Below are positions 60,396-64,000 of a DNA stretch of 64,000 nt, one piece after another. Made by a program: the position numbers and the translations under genes. Positions within the stretch are counted from its first letter, which is position 1. Each line of letters begins with the position of its first letter. The DNA lies in contig NMRA01000556.1 of NCBI GenBank assembly GCA_002633005.1, positions 62,001 to 126,000 of the forward strand, given 5' to 3'. The notes below the pieces were generated by a model. The model was not told the origin of the DNA. It did no database searches and worked only from the letters and a program-made list of their open reading frames with translations. The DNA is from Phoronis australis. Its lineage: Eukaryota > Animalia > Phoronida.

Positions 60396-62911
60396 AGTCC
60401 TGGTCTCACACGTTGTTAACCCTTATTACATGATTAGAGGATGTTATAAGGATCCAAGAAGTACTTACCCCATAACTAGTACACGATCCGTACTCAAAAA
60501 AAAAAGTTTAAATGAACGCGCCACTCACGATTCGCACTCGCAGAACCACCGCCATTTTGAACTTACCGCGAACTCGGAAGTACAATTCATACAGGAACCC
60601 AAGCTAAGAAAACGCCGTCAGTGTGAATGGACGAGTGCCTGTTACCAGTCTGCAAATGGGGATAAAATAATCGACAGCCCGCCTTAATTTTAATAAAATC
60701 AAAATACGGACAATTTTACCGAATTTGCTGAAGAAATGCGGCGATTAAATTTTGACAGAAATTATTTTTTCCGGACTCGGGACCGCAGCGTATCGGACGC
60801 GGTGCGTATCGAGACCAGACACTGGTGAACGGTAAAGGCATGCGGTTGCAAGCTGTTTTGTCGAAGTAAAATGTTCAAATCATAAGTGTCGTATACATTC
60901 AAATGTAGTTTCAGACACTTGCATAAAATTACGGGCTGGTTAGTCCTTTGTCACTCTGCCGCGGCAGCCCTTAGCTAGCCTCAGTGCCAGCTACCAGTAT
61001 GAAGACTAACTAACAGCTTGTTAGTAAGCCTATATAGCTTTGCATCAAGGCTACCCCTAGGCCTACCTGGTCGCTGGCCACAGCGCTCGCTCAAACGAGG
61101 TTTATTTAGAACTTGGGCGAACTGTGCAAAGTTGCTGGCTTTCAACAGAGATTTTTGCAGACTTTGTATGGGCGCACCAAGCCTAAAAAAATGAGGGGCT
61201 GGAATTTTTGGGAATGTCTATATTTTACTATAAGATTCACTGGGTATGTTCAGAGCTATGACTCTAAATTTTGATACTTCCTGTCTTCTAGTGGAATATT
61301 GTCTCGTTTTCTACATTTTTCAGAGTTCATGCTTCTCTGACTGAGGCAGGTCTTTTTTCATTTCTCCAACTTAAATAGGGGGCTCGTTCGAGCACATAAG
61401 TATGACAAGTCCAATACAAAATGTTATCATTTCTTATTCAATAATGACATTAAGCCAAAATGATTCAACCTTTTAACATAATAAGTATCTTAAAATGCAC
61501 AATACTTTACAACTTTTAGCATTACGAACACTATTCAACAGCAACAGTTTCCATGATATGAAAGTGGACATACATGTAACTATTACCATGGTGACCAAAT
61601 AGTTTCCTTACACCAGAATTTGACAAGCATGATTAAAAAATATGAAGTTGCAAGGAACAAGAATTGGAGGTTTGAAGCTTCACAATCCAACATAGCTTAT
61701 TTCCCAAATTAAGATTATTCATATTGTTGACTTGATAACCTGAATTAAGAAGCAATAAGTTACAAAACATGATTTGAAAGCAATTGAAACTTAAAATTTA
61801 GAAAAAATATGAATCATTTTGTGACCTAATGAAGCCTTGAACAGCAGTTGACAGCGAAACAAAAAACCATTTCAAAATTATTTCAACTATTTTTTAGCTT
61901 AGCGTAAGATCACCTGAATGGGACATTCACAATAAAATAATTCGAATATATCTTATATTTTTGCACCAAAAACACAGAAATTGAACAAAGTTCCTTTTTT
62001 GTAGCAACGTTTGTCAAAATGTATCAACATTAAATCTTCACAAATTATAAAGTAACAGATTGAACATGCCTTCCAGTTCAGCAAAAGTCGCCATGTCGGT
62101 GCCGCCAGAAATGAGACGAAGTCCAACGGGAATTGTGAGCACATTTATCACTTAATGAGTAACAACTGCGAGGGTGAAATTTGGTGAACACTGCTAAATC
62201 GTGCAGAATAGTAAGTAAAGATATGTCTCACTAAATTTCACCGTAAATTGTTGGCACAAAGTTTTAAACTCGTAACATATCCCGCTGTCCTCTAATATCG
62301 CCGACGCGATCCAAACAAAGTGACGCAAATTTCTCCACAAAAATTGCAATAACTTTACACTGTTTGCTTCGATTTTGATAATTTTTCGATTTTTACTGAG
62401 TAGAATGCACTACCTTTCCGATGATAGCAAAGTACTTTTTCAAAACGAGAAAAAGATTGGTTCGACTCATATTGGTGCCTAGGTTCGACCGCCCTACTTA
62501 AGGAACTAAACACCATTGCTATTTTAACATAATAAGTACGCGTGACATTCAAAAAAATTCAGCGACCACTAACTACAAACTATAAATACACTACATATGC
62601 AAACGAACCACGAGATATTACTAATAAAACAAAATAATGAAGACTTCGAGCAAGCGAAAGCACATTCAGTTACAATGAAAAAATGGCGGCGTTCAGGACA
62701 AGTTCCTGTACTGATGAGCCGGAAATGTGGGTACGGAAATAACTGATGACAGCCGGTAATTATACGCTCACAGAGCAGGGTCAGATACTATTAAAAATCG
62801 CTTTTGGCAAGAAAGACGAAAAGAATATAAAGAAAGGGTGTCGAAAATAAAATTTTGTTTAGTAAGTATTTTTGGGTACTGGAACCACATGGGCATTTTG
62901 AGACCAGGACT
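60396..62911. mobile_element. Non-autonomous Kolobok-like element (2.5 kb)
   Basis: TTAA at 60392-60395 and 62912-62915. Perfect 13-bp TIR AGTCCTGGTCTCA. No intact ORF inside. Confidence 0.7.
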
Positions 62912-63548
62912 TTAACAGCAGAGCCAGCACAGGTTAGATACGAGAGCTGGCCCCTCAACCAGGACTACCGCAATGGCGTTAATCAATCGTGCAAGATACT
63001 GGCTACACCAACCGGTCAACCTGTTCGTTTGCTAGTATCCATCGAACAAGTTGGGGTGAATGCACGAATGCCGTATGTACGAGGGTGCGGTATTGCCTTT
63101 TCCACACGGTCTCCAAACAAGCGGACAGAAATTAAAATATGAACACGTGAAAACACTGTGGATGCCTCCAGCAAGGATGTTCGCAGTGTCACTAACAGTT
63201 GATCTATCGCCAAGACTTTGAGTGAAATCTTAATTGACCAATCAGAACGCAGTATTCTTGACACACATTCGTTTCCAAGTCGCCATTTTACCCGACAAAC
63301 ACCACATTGCTGGGTAAAAGTTATTGTTTGTTTGCTGACATTTTGCAAGGGGGCGGAGCATACGATAGGCCAATTGCCGCAATGAATGACTAAGGACGAA
63401 TGGGCGCTGTGAGCTTGATGACAGCCAGCCGAGTGAGTCATAACACGCGTGGTGTACGCCATGACGACGGAAGTCGAGAGGAGGAGGGATTGAATTAGGT
63501 GTCGACAGCTTGAGAGTTACGTGGAGCAAACTGAAATGCACGTTCACA

Positions 63549-64000
63549 CCTCATCATCATCGGGTGTCATCTCTTTTGAGGTCGACGTGAAATGGACCTC
63601 CATCCCTCTCTGTTGTTTGTCAGTCTGGTGCATTCTGTCATCGTTGACCTTGTCCATGTCTTGATGTCATCCCTCGACATTAATCGTTGTCGTCCTCTTG
63701 CTCTTTCCCCTTCCACGTGACCGTATAGTATGTCTTTCTGTATGTTGTTGTGTCTTGACGTGTGCCCAAAAAAGTTCAATTTAAGACTTTAGACAGTGGA
63801 CAAAAGAGATGGTCTGACACCTTGCTGTTTGTCATTTTCTGCCTCCAGCTTATTCTTCCGATCCGATCTGAATATCCACATTTCAAACGCTTCGATCTTT
63901 CTTTCCAATGTTTTATTGTGAGTCCATGCCTCACATTCGTACATAAGGATCGAATATATATAGCAAGTTTTGAGTCGCAATCTGAGGGTGATTGATATGT
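63549..64000 (-). mobile_element. 3' end of a decayed RTE-clade non-LTR retrotransposon (LINE)
   Basis: YECEAWT...KIEAFEMWIFR and FFGHTSR...ILYGHVEGERARGRQR...DDIKTW...NREGWR are the RTE ORF C-terminal motifs. It has a short (GAT)n tail at 63550-63561 and runs off the window end. Confidence 0.85.

Noticed and set aside
63016-63547. 148-aa and 101-aa minus-strand ORFs as first exons of the TSP1 gene
   Set aside because: No signal peptide, domain motif or phase-compatible donor was identified.

Overview
This is AT-rich, intron- and repeat-rich animal genomic DNA, probably from a marine invertebrate (inference). It is not prokaryotic, and most entries in the ORF track are spurious. Three protein-coding loci can be reconstructed by hand. 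(1) A complete cytochrome P450 with 11 coding exons on + (27725-46629, 529 aa). All its introns are GT-AG with consistent phases, and it has the AGHETT, ETLR, PERF and FxxGxRxCxG motifs. (2) The 3' part of a convergent minus-strand gene encoding a single-pass membrane protein with at least two thrombospondin type-1 repeats and a long acidic tail (exons 58697-58864, 53281-53463, 52109-52929). (3) A likely 3' end of an unidentified + strand gene (exons 2624-2689, 5311-5464). The rest is a dense, nested set of non-autonomous DNA transposons whose TIRs and TSDs can be read directly: Kolobok-like (TTAA), pogo/Tc1-like (TA), hAT-like (5/6/8-bp TSD), Harbinger-like, Helentron-like and an 18-bp P-like micro-element. 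There are also minisatellites and the 3' end of an RTE-clade LINE. The most interesting signals are pogo-like elements carrying a HIRAN-like cargo ORF, a Helentron-like repeat with eight co-oriented CTCF-like motifs, and a THAP-relic element in CYP intron 1 with CRE+ETS motifs in its inverted repeats. No rRNA, tRNA or CRISPR array is supported. All family assignments are by eye; no database search was run.
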